Origin: Ignavibacteriota bacterium
GTDB lineage: Bacteria > Bacteroidota > Ignavibacteria > UBA10030
Reading direction: 5' to 3'
NCBI GenBank assembly: GCA_963727825.1
Contig: CAVSHO010000009.1
Coordinates: 128,001 to 192,000, forward strand
Length of the DNA stretch: 64,000 nucleotides
Shown here: one piece after another, positions 22,141-32,364 of the stretch
How positions within the stretch are numbered: position 1 is the first letter of the stretch
Layout: every line of letters begins with the position of its first letter
Notes under the pieces: generated by a model
What the model was told of the DNA's origin: nothing
Database searches by the model: none
What the model saw: the letters and a program-made list of their open reading frames with translations, nothing else
Position numbers and translations under genes: made by a program

Positions 22141-22572
22141 ATGAAGAAATTATCAATAATTGTTTTTATCACAATATTCATAAGTGTTATTCTCTCTTCA
22201 CAAGAAAAAAAGGATATTGAGCAATTACATAATAAATACCACTCGATGGTTGGTTATTTGGTCGACCAAAATTGTGGCAAGAGAATGGTAATGGATGATG
22301 TAAAGAAATCAGATGCCAAAGCTGCAAAGCACACAAAGGATTGTTCACTTGACGAAACATGTGAAGCGGCCGGCTTTGGAATTGTAACAGGCGGTAAGTT
22401 TTATAAGTTTGACGAACCTGGAAACAAAAAAGCAATCGATTATCTTACAGCATCAAAAAAAGAAGACAACATTAAGGTAGAAGTCACCTATACGATGGAT
22501 GGCGATAAAATGAAAGTAGAATCGATCAAAGACTACAAGTCCAGAGGGAAGAACGATAAAAAGAAGAATTGA
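22141..22572 (+). CDS. Secreted hypothetical protein with conserved Cys (GYLVDQNC..HTKDC..C)
   Basis: Signal peptide, GGAG RBS and an open frame. Confidence 0.7.
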   Translation: MKKLSIIVFITIFISVILSSQEKKDIEQLHNKYHSMVGYLVDQNCGKRMVMDDVKKSDAKAAKHTKDCSLDETCEAAGFGIVTGGKFYKFDEPGNKKAIDYLTASKKEDNIKVEVTYTMDGDKMKVESIKDYKSRGKNDKKKN

Positions 22573-22690
22573 CATTCGAAAGATTATTTTGGAACAGCCC
22601 TTGGATTGGGAGTGACGATTTTTTATTTCACTCATACTGCCTTCTCTCTCCTTTGCATTCATAATCTGCTTTTGGTATATTAATTTTATC

Positions 22691-22909
22691 ATGCCAGATA
22701 ATTTACTCCTTATCATCTTCGGGATTCTTTCCACTATTGCATTGTTTGTCGGCTGTCTTGCAATCTATTTTGCGGTAAAGTATGCCAAGAAAAAAGACGG
22801 CGAACTGATGATGGTATTTTGGGCGGTGATTGCTCTGGCCGGTCTCACATTTGCCGGAATGAGCTGGGCATATTTCCTCATTCCAATTGTGGTAAATAGG
22901 TTGTTTTGA
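22691..22909 (+). CDS. Small two-TM membrane protein
   Basis: Two hydrophobic helices separated by a lysine-rich loop. Confidence 0.6.
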   Translation: MPDNLLLIIFGILSTIALFVGCLAIYFAVKYAKKKDGELMMVFWAVIALAGLTFAGMSWAYFLIPIVVNRLF

Positions 22910-22998
22910 CTTTCCCTACTTGCCTTTGATTCAAGTCTGATTTACTTTATTCTGAACAAGAATCATACCAAACAACTAATGGACAAACATCAACTCAC

Positions 22999-23619
22999 AT
23001 GCAAATGAATCTTACAAAAACAGAGTTACGGTTTTTTACAAAACTCAAAGCGCCATTCAAGATTCAGGAGTTTCTCGATTCCATTCCATACAGTGACGAA
23101 GAGCGATACCGGTGTCCGCGAAGCGTTTTGCGAGACCGCAAAGCGCATTGTTATGATGGTGCAGTCTTTGCCGCCGCGGCTTTGCGTATGATTGGTTATC
23201 CGCCATTACTTGTCGATATGCTGCCAAACGGGCGTGATGACGACCATGTTCTTGCTGTGTTCCACCAGAACAATCGCTGGGGTGCTGTTGCAAAATCAAA
23301 TTTTTCAGGACTGCGATTTCGTGAACCAGTGTACCGCGGGCTGCGTGAATTGATTATGTCTTATTTTGAATTCTATTATAACATCGCCGGAGAGAAAACG
23401 CTTATCGGTTACACGATTCCGTTAAATTTAAATCGATTTGATAGACTTAGCTGGCTTGTGAACGACAGCGCAATGGATGCAATAGCTATAGAATTGGATA
23501 GCAATCGCAAGTATAATATTATTACTAAAGCAATGGCAAGGCAACTTTCTGTCATTGATAAGCGTTCATATAATGCAGGGTTGCTTGGCGCAAATCATAA
23601 AGGACTCTTTCAACCATAA
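22999..23619 (+). CDS. Transglutaminase/papain-like fold hypothetical protein
   Basis: AHCYDGA and DDHVLA suggest a Cys-His dyad; also WGAVAKSN. Confidence 0.65.
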   Translation: MQMNLTKTELRFFTKLKAPFKIQEFLDSIPYSDEERYRCPRSVLRDRKAHCYDGAVFAAAALRMIGYPPLLVDMLPNGRDDDHVLAVFHQNNRWGAVAKSNFSGLRFREPVYRGLRELIMSYFEFYYNIAGEKTLIGYTIPLNLNRFDRLSWLVNDSAMDAIAIELDSNRKYNIITKAMARQLSVIDKRSYNAGLLGANHKGLFQP

Positions 23620-24111
23620 TTGAGGAACATCATGCTAACAACATCTGAACGAAATGAATGGATTCAGAAGATTCAACAGCTTCCACTGAAATTAGAAGCC
23701 GCTGTTAAAGGATTGAATGACATACAATTGGATACACCGACCGGCGAAGGTAAATGGACAAGCCGGCAAATAGCGCATCATATTGCAGATGCAAACATCA
23801 ATGCTTATTCGCGGATGAAACTCATTGTCACCGAAGAAAAACCAATCTTGAAACCTTACAATCAAGACCAATGGGCATCGCTTGCGGATTGTAAGAACGG
23901 ACGGATAGATTCAACGCTCACACTTATCAAAGGATTGCACGAGCGATGGTTCTTGTTTTTGCAATCGCTGCCGGAAACAAGCTGGGTACGCGAAGGTATT
24001 CATCTTGAAAACGGCAAAGTGACGCTTGAAGATGTTCTAAGAATCTATTCCAAGCATGGCGAAACGCATTTGCAGCAAATAATTTCATTTCGTGAAAAGA
24101 TGAAATGGTAA
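23620..24111 (+). CDS. YfiT/DinB-family metal-dependent thiol S-transferase
   Basis: WTSRQIAHHIAD, LKPYNQDQWA, LHERW and HGETHL. Confidence 0.85.
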   Translation: MRNIMLTTSERNEWIQKIQQLPLKLEAAVKGLNDIQLDTPTGEGKWTSRQIAHHIADANINAYSRMKLIVTEEKPILKPYNQDQWASLADCKNGRIDSTLTLIKGLHERWFLFLQSLPETSWVREGIHLENGKVTLEDVLRIYSKHGETHLQQIISFREKMKW

Positions 24112-24122
24112 AAGATATAAAT

Positions 24123-24474
24123 ATGAATCATGCATGGATCAAATCATTCCCTGCCGCTATAACCGTATGCGATGTCAATGGAATCATTCTCGAAATGAAC
24201 GACAAGGCGATTGACTCGTTTAAAGATGATGGCGGCGAGAAGTTAATCGGAACGAACCTATTGAATTGCCATCCGGAGCCGGCGCGTTCACAACTGGAAG
24301 AGATGCTCAGAACACAAAGACAAAATTCCTATACGATTGAAAAGTGCGGCGTTAAAAAGACTTATTTATCAAACACCATGGTACGACAACGGACGGTATT
24401 CTGGATTTGTAGAAATCAGCCTGCCTATTCCATTTGTCATGCCTCATTTTATTCGAACCGAAAAGAAAGAGTAA
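24123..24474 (+). CDS. Standalone PAS-fold protein (frameshift near 24358)
   Basis: AITVCD..GIILEMN..LIGTNLLNCHPEP, then LIYQTPWYDNG..GFVEIS..MPHFIR* in the shifted frame. Confidence 0.75.
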
Positions 24475-24479
24475 CAAAT

Positions 24480-24887
24480 ATGCCGTTTCTTGAATGGAAA
24501 GATTCATATAACATCGGCGTAAAAGAAATAGATAATCAGCACCGCGGACTATTTGATCTCATCGATAAGTTATTCAATTCGCGCTTGTATGAACCATATG
24601 GAAAATATTTCCTTTTATCGCTGGATAAATTTGTAGAATACGCACAGGTACACTTTGCAACAGAAGAAAGATATATGCAAGAAACACAATACCCGAAATT
24701 TGCAGAGCATAAGCGTGAGCATAAACTCTTTATTGAACAAATATCTAAGTTGGCACAGGGTGTCGAGAACAAGGAACCTGATATCGAGAACAAGACACTT
24801 GATTTCTTAAAGGATTGGTACCTCGCTCACATTTTAGGAACAGATCGCGATTTAGAAAAGTGGTTCCAAGCTAAAGGACTCAAATAG
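24480..24887 (+). CDS. Bacteriohemerythrin
   Basis: W...Y.IG..IDNQH, HFATEE, H...H and HILGTD give a full di-iron ligand set; separate ATG at 24480. Confidence 0.9.
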   Translation: MPFLEWKDSYNIGVKEIDNQHRGLFDLIDKLFNSRLYEPYGKYFLLSLDKFVEYAQVHFATEERYMQETQYPKFAEHKREHKLFIEQISKLAQGVENKEPDIENKTLDFLKDWYLAHILGTDRDLEKWFQAKGLK

Positions 24888-24904
24888 GAATACATAAACA
24901 GGCT

Positions 24905-25315
24905 ATGAATACACCTATAGAATGGCAAGACAATTACAGTGTTGGAGTGAAAGAGCTCGATGATCAACACAAAATTTTATTAGATATCATAAACACCTTA
25001 CTCAAAGAACAAGGAGATGAATATAATGCCGCTCAGTTATCGGAATCGATTTTATCTCTGATTCATTACGCCTATGTTCATTTCGCAACTGAAGAGCGAT
25101 ACCTTGCACAGATACCTTTCCCCGATCTTAAGCAGCATATACTTGAGCATGTTGATTTCATCATGAAAACAATGGAGCTTTCACTTAAAGTAAAAGAAGA
25201 TATACAGGATAATCGGCGTGAGCTTCTTGAATATTTAAAAGGATGGTATTCTTCACACGTCCTCGGCATCGACCGGCTCTACATTCCTTTTTTCAAAGCA
25301 AATGGAATTATATAA
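24905..25315 (+). CDS. Bacteriohemerythrin (paralog)
   Basis: LDDQH, HFATEE, HILEH and HVLGID. Confidence 0.9.
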   Translation: MNTPIEWQDNYSVGVKELDDQHKILLDIINTLLKEQGDEYNAAQLSESILSLIHYAYVHFATEERYLAQIPFPDLKQHILEHVDFIMKTMELSLKVKEDIQDNRRELLEYLKGWYSSHVLGIDRLYIPFFKANGII

Positions 25316-25356
25316 TACGCCATTAGTGATATTATCTATTTCACAAAGGATACATT

Positions 25357-25719
25357 ATGGCAACAAAACTAAACGACTTCCGAACATACCGCGCAAAGAT
25401 GAACCAGCGTATTGCTGAAATTGATCACCTTGGAATTAAAAGATTTTTTAATCTGGATGACTCCGCCTACAAAGCCGGTGCGTTAGACTCAAAAACGAAA
25501 GAACTGCTTGGTTTGGTTGCCTCCGCTGTTCTTCGGTGCAATGATTGTATTGATTACCATCTCATTCAATGCATAAATGCCGGGTGGAAAGACGAAGAAT
25601 TGTACGATGCGTTGAATGTTGCGCTTGTTGTCTGTGGAAGTATTTTCATTCCACACTTGCGCCATGCAATTGAAACTATTGATACTTTGCGTGCAGAACG
25701 CGAACCGATAGAAGTGTAA
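25357..25719 (+). CDS. Carboxymuconolactone decarboxylase/AhpD family protein
   Basis: ALDSKTKELLGLVAS..RCNDCIDYH. Confidence 0.9.
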   Translation: MATKLNDFRTYRAKMNQRIAEIDHLGIKRFFNLDDSAYKAGALDSKTKELLGLVASAVLRCNDCIDYHLIQCINAGWKDEELYDALNVALVVCGSIFIPHLRHAIETIDTLRAEREPIEV

Positions 25720-25877
25720 TCGATAGCAATATTCAATTAAATCATCGCAGAAACGTTCCCCACCAAACAAACGGTGGGTAAAAATTGAACGTTTTAACAT
25801 TGTTCAATAAAGGATAAATGCCTTCAATAGCCACATTCACTGTCATTCTAAATTAATTATAGAAACGAGGAATCTCA

Positions 25878-27971
25878 ATGTCTACATTTGAACATCTTCC
25901 AATGCTGTTTGCGTGTGTATTCGTTCTTTCACTTTTCGTTAACACACAAGTAAGCGCTCAAGCAGCACAGCTTGTGTGGATAAAAGATTCCCAAGTTAAA
26001 CTTGAAAAAGAACTCGTTGCCAAATACGGCGAGGCACAACGCCCTCGGCTTCAGCAAGGGCTCAGGCAAGTTGACAATTTCTGGCGCGCAGAAGATGGAA
26101 ACGCAGCTGTATTTGAGGATTTCGTCCGAACAAACTTCGCCGGTGATCAAACAACACTCGATGTGATGTTTAACCGGTTCGAGTATTTACTGGAACAACT
26201 CAACGGTCATTTAACTGAAATCGGCCGTGAGTTCCGCCAGCAATCTGATCTTGATCTCGGCACTATTTATCCGTTTGATGAAATATTTGCAGGTTATTCT
26301 GCCGGCGCGCATGTAACAGATGATTTCTTCCAAAATAAACTTGCATTTACAGTGTTGCTCAATTTCCCTTTAACTACACTTGACGAACGTTTAACGAAAG
26401 GCGAGCAATGGTCGCGCCGCCAATGGGCGGAAGTACGATTGGCTCAGCAATTTGCTAAACGCATTCCAGCGGATGTAAATCTCTATGTCTCGCAAATTTC
26501 TTCCGAGGCGGAGCAATATATTTCCGAATACAACATCTATATGCACCATCTTGTTGATGCGAATGGCGTGCGTCTTTTCCCGCCGAAGCTTCGATTGCTT
26601 TCTCATTGGAATTTACGCGATGAACTGAAAGCGGATTATAACGAGAAAGAAACTGGACTTGCCAAACAGAAAATGATTCAGCAGGTAATGGAACGAATTG
26701 TGACGCAAACAATTCCGGAAATTGTTATCAACAATCCAAACGTGGACTGGAATCCATTCACAAACGAAGTTAAACCTGCCGCAGTCAAAGATGTTGACGC
26801 TGCGGCGAAAGCAACAGAAAAAGTCTCCGATGCACCGGAGCCGGACACGCGCTATGCGACATTACTGAAGACATTCATCGCTTCAACAAAAGTAGATCCT
26901 TATTCACCGACTGCGCCCACACTAATCGCCCGCCGGTTTGATGAAGACCGCCAAATTCCGGAGGCGCGTGTGAAAGAGCTTCTTGAATCTGTAGTTAGTT
27001 CACCGCTTGTTCCGAAAATTGCAGCTATTATCGAATCACGATTAGGACGCCCTTTAGAGCCATTTGATATTTGGTACAATGGATTCCGATCCCGTGGACA
27101 ATATACAGAAGCCCAGCTTGATGAAATTGTCGCCAAGAGATATCCAACAGCCGATGCATACAAAGCCGACATTCCGAATATGTTAATAAAGCTTGGCTTT
27201 ACAAAAGATCGAGCCGAGTATATCGCCAATAATATTGTTGTTGATCCGGCTCGAGGTTCTGGTCATGCTATGGGTGCAGGAATGAAGTCCGCACATGCTC
27301 ATTTGCGGACACGCGTAGAAAAGAACGGTATGAATTACAAGGGTTACAATATAGCTGTGCATGAGATGGGACACAATGTCGAACAAACATTGTCAATGAA
27401 TAACATCGACCATTATTTTTTAAACGGAGTGCCAAACACAGCTTTCACTGAAGCGATCGCGTTTGTATTCCAGGCACACGATCTTGATTTACTCGGAATC
27501 CCAACCTCCGATCCTCAAGGTGATGCATTGAAAATACTGAACGATTTCTGGGGAGTATATGAAATTGCCGGTGTCGCATTAGTAGATATGGAAGTATGGC
27601 ACTGGATGTACGATCATCCAACAACTACACCTGCTCAATTGAAAGCGGCCACGTTGGATATTGCAAAGAATATTTGGAACAAATACTATGCGCCGGTTTT
27701 CAAGAAGAAAGATGTTCTTCTTCTTGCAATTTATTCGCATATGATCGATAGTTATATGTATTTGCCGGATTATCCAATTGGATATTTGATCGCAAACCAA
27801 ATTGAAGAGCAGGTTAAGAAAAGTGGAAGCGTCGGCAAAGAGGTAGAGAGGATGGTAAAGGCTGGTTGTATCGCTCCGGATTTATGGATGAAGAATGCAA
27901 CCGGATCCCCTGTTAACGCCGATGCTATGCTTGAAGCAACAGAGCGAGCTTTAAAGGAATACAAAAAATAG
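25878..27971 (+). CDS. Secreted gluzincin-like (HExxH) metallopeptidase, uncharacterised family
   Basis: Signal peptide; AVHEMGH followed by FTEAIA as a candidate third zinc ligand. Confidence 0.65.
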   Translation: MSTFEHLPMLFACVFVLSLFVNTQVSAQAAQLVWIKDSQVKLEKELVAKYGEAQRPRLQQGLRQVDNFWRAEDGNAAVFEDFVRTNFAGDQTTLDVMFNRFEYLLEQLNGHLTEIGREFRQQSDLDLGTIYPFDEIFAGYSAGAHVTDDFFQNKLAFTVLLNFPLTTLDERLTKGEQWSRRQWAEVRLAQQFAKRIPADVNLYVSQISSEAEQYISEYNIYMHHLVDANGVRLFPPKLRLLSHWNLRDELKADYNEKETGLAKQKMIQQVMERIVTQTIPEIVINNPNVDWNPFTNEVKPAAVKDVDAAAKATEKVSDAPEPDTRYATLLKTFIASTKVDPYSPTAPTLIARRFDEDRQIPEARVKELLESVVSSPLVPKIAAIIESRLGRPLEPFDIWYNGFRSRGQYTEAQLDEIVAKRYPTADAYKADIPNMLIKLGFTKDRAEYIANNIVVDPARGSGHAMGAGMKSAHAHLRTRVEKNGMNYKGYNIAVHEMGHNVEQTLSMNNIDHYFLNGVPNTAFTEAIAFVFQAHDLDLLGIPTSDPQGDALKILNDFWGVYEIAGVALVDMEVWHWMYDHPTTTPAQLKAATLDIAKNIWNKYYAPVFKKKDVLLLAIYSHMIDSYMYLPDYPIGYLIANQIEEQVKKSGSVGKEVERMVKAGCIAPDLWMKNATGSPVNADAMLEATERALKEYKK

Positions 27972-28034
27972 CAATTAAAGAATCTCCCGAAGAACGAAGG
28001 TCAAAACAGATCTGGCAAAACATTCGGCAGGGAA

Positions 28035-30701
28035 CTACAACCCGCCAATCCAATATGTCAATTTTAACATGAAAATATTGTCAGGCTTCGAACTAACGAG
28101 ACGGTTGAACGAGCCATTTAATGCAAATGTTCCATCTACAACATCATCGGAACGGCTCTGTGTCCACACTAAGAAGAGTGTGGAACCGGGCATATATTCC
28201 CATCTCAATACAGCATTGCCGCGAAGAGATACATAATTAAAGTTCGGATTTGAAATATTCATAACCGGAGCTGGCCCGCTGCCATCCGGATCAAGATCAT
28301 AGCTGCCGATCGAACCATCTGAATTATCATTTCTCGTTATTGTAGAACCATCCTTGCCAAATTCTAGAAAATCAAACGATCGCGCACGTGAAAGTTCTTT
28401 GAAGTTGGTAAAATTCCCTGATGAAAGGAATGGTTGAGCAAAGAGTTGGAAGCTCAGTGTCGGTGTGAACGTCCAATCAACACGTATTTGAGCGGAGAGT
28501 TCTTTATAGACCAAATCTGCAAAAATATATCTCTTTCCATAAGTTGTCGAAGCAAGTTGGTCATCAAAACTTTCAATCCAATGTCCACGATCTAAGTTGA
28601 ATGTATAGGCGGGACCGAATGATATTGAAATACTTGAGATAGGACGCATTGTAAAGGATAAGCTTGCATTGTGATAAAATCCATCAGCTCCTTCATACGC
28701 ATACCAATAAGCTCCAAAAACATACTTGTTGCGGCTGTCGGAAGAATAACTAAAATTCCACTCGTAGCAATCGGGATTAAGCATTTTCGGACCACCGCGT
28801 GTTCGACAATCATTGATGGATTCAAATCCATAATCGTAATACAAACTGAAATAATCATAGCTCGGCAATTGATAATCAATGCCCCCCCAAACGCCTTTCC
28901 ATGTCGCATCCCCGCCAAAATCATAAGTTCCGAAAACTGAACCATAGATGTTCACATAACGATAATATTGCGTCGGATCATTCCACTTATATCCGGTACC
29001 TATATGACAATTGATTATATCGGTGCGTGATAGATATCCGAGATCTCCTGATTCAAATCCCGGGCTAATGAATCCAAACGCGGCATTGAGAATCATATTG
29101 CCCTTTTGTTTGTTCAAGGTAAACCGACCGGCATAACCGCTCAACGATGTTGCAGAACTATCTAAAGAAATATAGTGCGCATCGGGCCGCTGAAAATAAT
29201 GCGCAGAACTTTGCTGCAAATTTATCATCCGTTCACGAGTGCCTTGAACGTTTGAGACCGCAGCCCAACCCGAAATCATATATACTTTTCCCGTATCGAA
29301 TGCCGTCCAACCATCAAGAGCAGCGACATAGGAATTTTCATTGACATCTGTCTTGATACTAACGTCATCAAAAAATCTGTTTACAGACGTGACAAGAAGC
29401 CCTGCACCCTGACGGCCATCATTAAAATCCCGTTGAACGCGTGCGACCATGTATGATGTCATTGGTTCTGCTTCTAACGACCACTTTGTTCCATCAGTAT
29501 CCAATTGATCATACTCGCGCTTCGTTACAGCTTCTATCACTCCGACATTCCAGCCATCAATAACTTTACCAGTGATTTTTGCGGCACCGAGTATATGCGT
29601 ACCGAGCGGAACATCGGCATAATCGTAATCATAATTCGATAGATCGCGCTGAGGCGTGCGACCGATGCGACGGCTGTAAAATAAACTTGGCGATGACCAA
29701 TTAAAATTCCAATAGTTATTCACACCTCCCTGACCAAAGGAAAATATATTCATTCCTTCAAGAAAGAAAGGGCGTTTCTCCTGGAAATACGTTTCTACAT
29801 CGCTTAAATTTACAACAGCCGGATCAACTTCCACTTGGCCAAAATCCGGATTGATCGTTCCTTCGAGCACTAAGTTTGTGCTTAAACCCCATTTTAAATC
29901 CGCCCCAATACCCGGAGTATATTTTGATCCTGTATTAAACGGATCACCGGCATCGTGGGGTGCATATTCAGCTCGTCCGGTTATGTATGGAGTAATCTCA
30001 AATCTAGTTGGAGGCGTAATATTTTCGATGCCAAGAAGATCAGGATAACGAGAAACTGATCCGCTTTCGTTGCGCGGAGTATAAACGAGATAGTCCTGTT
30101 CTTTTTTCCTTGCTATAACGCGCTCAAAATCAATTCCCCAAATATATTGATCATGTTGTTCAAAGCGTAATTGGGAAAATGGAATCTTTATCTCAACACA
30201 CCATCCATCAGAAATGATCTTGGATTTTGCTTCCCATACTCCATCCCAGCTTCCATCGCTCCAATCGTCGTTGTAAAGAATCCCATCCCGCAATGCGCCT
30301 GCTGCCGATACGATAAAGTAAAAGCCATTTCGCTTATCATGATATGAATCGATGCCCACAGCAAATTCATCGGAACTGGCATCGTTATCACGCCGTGCAA
30401 GTCTAGTGATAATGGAATCAGGGTGTGCATCATGCATATGTGCAGCTATATATAATGCTTCATCATCATACGCGACCCACACTTCCGTCAATTCAGTTGC
30501 CGGTTTTCCTTGATCTGGGTTTTGCTGGAAAAAAGCCGTCGTGCCTGCACGCTGCCAGACTGACTCGGAGAGCACGCCATCAATCTTAATGGGTTCCTTT
30601 GTACGAACAGCGGAGATTTGTTTTACAAAGTCAGGCGGGTTGCTATAGCCAGACACAAATCCTACAAGAAGCGTCAGAAAAAACCATCCTAAAAGGCGCA
30701 T
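28035..30701 (-). CDS. CBM9-like plus DUF5916 outer-membrane protein
   Basis: IKIDGVLSE..W, EIKIPFSQLRF, TINPDFGQVEVD, EKRPFFLEG, LFYSRRIG and C-terminal KLTYW. Confidence 0.85.
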   Translation of the reverse strand: MRLLGWFFLTLLVGFVSGYSNPPDFVKQISAVRTKEPIKIDGVLSESVWQRAGTTAFFQQNPDQGKPATELTEVWVAYDDEALYIAAHMHDAHPDSIITRLARRDNDASSDEFAVGIDSYHDKRNGFYFIVSAAGALRDGILYNDDWSDGSWDGVWEAKSKIISDGWCVEIKIPFSQLRFEQHDQYIWGIDFERVIARKKEQDYLVYTPRNESGSVSRYPDLLGIENITPPTRFEITPYITGRAEYAPHDAGDPFNTGSKYTPGIGADLKWGLSTNLVLEGTINPDFGQVEVDPAVVNLSDVETYFQEKRPFFLEGMNIFSFGQGGVNNYWNFNWSSPSLFYSRRIGRTPQRDLSNYDYDYADVPLGTHILGAAKITGKVIDGWNVGVIEAVTKREYDQLDTDGTKWSLEAEPMTSYMVARVQRDFNDGRQGAGLLVTSVNRFFDDVSIKTDVNENSYVAALDGWTAFDTGKVYMISGWAAVSNVQGTRERMINLQQSSAHYFQRPDAHYISLDSSATSLSGYAGRFTLNKQKGNMILNAAFGFISPGFESGDLGYLSRTDIINCHIGTGYKWNDPTQYYRYVNIYGSVFGTYDFGGDATWKGVWGGIDYQLPSYDYFSLYYDYGFESINDCRTRGGPKMLNPDCYEWNFSYSSDSRNKYVFGAYWYAYEGADGFYHNASLSFTMRPISSISISFGPAYTFNLDRGHWIESFDDQLASTTYGKRYIFADLVYKELSAQIRVDWTFTPTLSFQLFAQPFLSSGNFTNFKELSRARSFDFLEFGKDGSTITRNDNSDGSIGSYDLDPDGSGPAPVMNISNPNFNYVSLRGNAVLRWEYMPGSTLFLVWTQSRSDDVVDGTFALNGSFNRLVSSKPDNIFMLKLTYWIGGL

Positions 30702-30732
30702 CTGATTCCTATAAATTATCTATGATAATGTA

Positions 30733-30765
30733 TCAGACTCGACTTTAATCGAAAAGGTTGGGGGG
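30733..30765 (-). promoter_or_regulatory. Putative ECF-sigma promoter of the DUF5916 gene
   Basis: Minus strand CCCCAACC-TTTT..(17 nt)-GTCTGA matches the motif upstream of the ECF sigma at 58381-58410. Confidence 0.5.
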
Positions 30766-30924
30766 ATAATAATCGCTCATCCCTTCTCTCATTAATAAAT
30801 GGCATACGAAATATGAAGCAAACTTGTTGCAATAATAGTTTCTCCCTGTAAATCTTCCTCACTGAAAAAGAAACAATCACCTCGTTGGTTAGATTTCCAT
30901 ATATCCGATAGAAATGCGGCTGGA

Positions 30925-32163
30925 TTACATCGCAGGTAGTGGTTGATCGCCTTGTGCCTCAGGAAGATATACATGAAATGTTGTTCCCTTGCCCACAACA
31001 CTTTCGACGGTTATGAATCCCTTGTGTCCTTTTACAATTCCAGCAACGATCGACAATCCCAATCCCGTTCCCTTGCTGATTTCTTTGGTAGTATAAAATG
31101 GTTCGAATATTTTTTCGATTCGTTCTGGAGGAATGCCAATGCCTGTATCGGAAATTGTCAAAACTAAAAATGAACCTTCGTTAGCATTTGGAATCATTTC
31201 AGCCATTGTTTTACTCACTTGTTCACAAGCAAGCGATATCGTAAGACGACCACCCTCTGGCATTGCATCTTTTGCATTAGTGATCAAATTAACTAATACT
31301 TGTCGAAGCTGAGTTTCATCGCCAAGCACAATGGTAGAGTTATCTGGAAGATTGCTTTCAACCTCGATATTAGGCGGCAAAGTTTCCTGAATCGCAGATA
31401 GAGCACTACGCAAGATATCAGAAACTTGCAGCGGCACATGTTGTCCTTCTACACCGCGAACAAAAGCAAGCACCTGCTGAATAAGATTGATGCTATACTC
31501 AGCGCTAAGCCCGATAGATGTCAACATGGATTTGCTGTTTTTATCTTCAACTTTCCGTTGCAGTAATTCTGCCGCCATCTTCACAGGCACCAAAAGGTTC
31601 TTCAAATCATGCGCCATGCCGCTTGCTAAAACGCCAATACTTTCTATCCGTTGCGCTCGCAGTTGTTTCGCTTCCAAACGCTTTCGCTCCGTCACATCAA
31701 TCAGAACACCCTCGATATATCCTTTATCAGAGAATAAAGTGCCGGAAAAAGAAATACACGCTTCCGTTTTATCGAAACGCTGAACCGTAATTTCAAGGTT
31801 TTTTATTGTTCCTTGTTTTTGAAGCGTAGTAATTATTTGGTCTCGATCTGCCGTTGGGATTGTCTCAAATATTTGTTTTACTTCTTCTGGAGTCTTTACA
31901 CCTAACATTTCTAACAATGCACGATTTGCTTCCAACACATCCCACGAATTTGTAGAAAGGCGCACCATGCCGGCAAGCGAGTTCTCAAAGAGATTACGGT
32001 ACTTTAGCTCGCTTTTAGCAAGTTCTTCAAGCTCGCGCTGTTTGGCAATCATTTCCCTGCGCTTGCTCTGGACAATTGCCATGATAAATCCCACGGCAAG
32101 CAGGAGAAGCACAAATGTGCCCACGCCTATTGTCCATAATATATTTATTGCGGTATCTGGCAT
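30925..32163 (-). CDS. Single-TM PAS sensor histidine kinase
   Basis: One N-terminal TM, a PAS segment, H-box MAHDLKN, NLITNAKDAM, DTGIGI, FEPFYTTK and GTGLGL; the 26-aa extension to 32241 is repeat-derived. Confidence 0.92.
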   Translation of the reverse strand: MPDTAINILWTIGVGTFVLLLLAVGFIMAIVQSKRREMIAKQRELEELAKSELKYRNLFENSLAGMVRLSTNSWDVLEANRALLEMLGVKTPEEVKQIFETIPTADRDQIITTLQKQGTIKNLEITVQRFDKTEACISFSGTLFSDKGYIEGVLIDVTERKRLEAKQLRAQRIESIGVLASGMAHDLKNLLVPVKMAAELLQRKVEDKNSKSMLTSIGLSAEYSINLIQQVLAFVRGVEGQHVPLQVSDILRSALSAIQETLPPNIEVESNLPDNSTIVLGDETQLRQVLVNLITNAKDAMPEGGRLTISLACEQVSKTMAEMIPNANEGSFLVLTISDTGIGIPPERIEKIFEPFYTTKEISKGTGLGLSIVAGIVKGHKGFITVESVVGKGTTFHVYLPEAQGDQPLPAM

Positions 32164-32180
32164 AAAAATTTCTAAAATGA

Positions 32181-32353
32181 AACCTTCCGAAGGGCTGGAA
32201 GCCTGATAATGTTGCCCCGCAATGCGGGGCATCTTTTCCATTTACTTCGGAAGGTTAACTTAAACCTACCCGCAGCAGGCGGGGATTCTACGGTAACCTT
32301 GTCAAGGTTTAACCTGCCTGCCGTCTTTCTGGCGGGAACCTTGACAAGGTTAC
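32181..32353. repeat. Cluster of REP-like palindromes with nested GC-hairpin inserts
   Basis: AACCTTCCGAAGG..CTTCGGAAGGTT; TGCCCCGC-AAT-GCGGGGCA; CCTA-CCCGC..GGCGGG; GTAACCTTGTCAAGGTT-TAA-[24-bp insert]-AACCTTGACAAGGTTAC. Confidence 0.85.
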
Positions 32354-32364
32354 ACGTTTTTGTT

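Noticed and set aside
24105-24887. Novel PAS-hemerythrin fusion (260-aa ORF)
   Set aside because: Artefact of a frameshift near 24358. The PAS gene ends at 24474 in the corrected frame and the hemerythrin has its own ATG at 24480.
32164-32241. N-terminal extension of the histidine kinase
   Set aside because: It is translated from palindromic repeats. The Met at 32163 directly precedes the TM helix.
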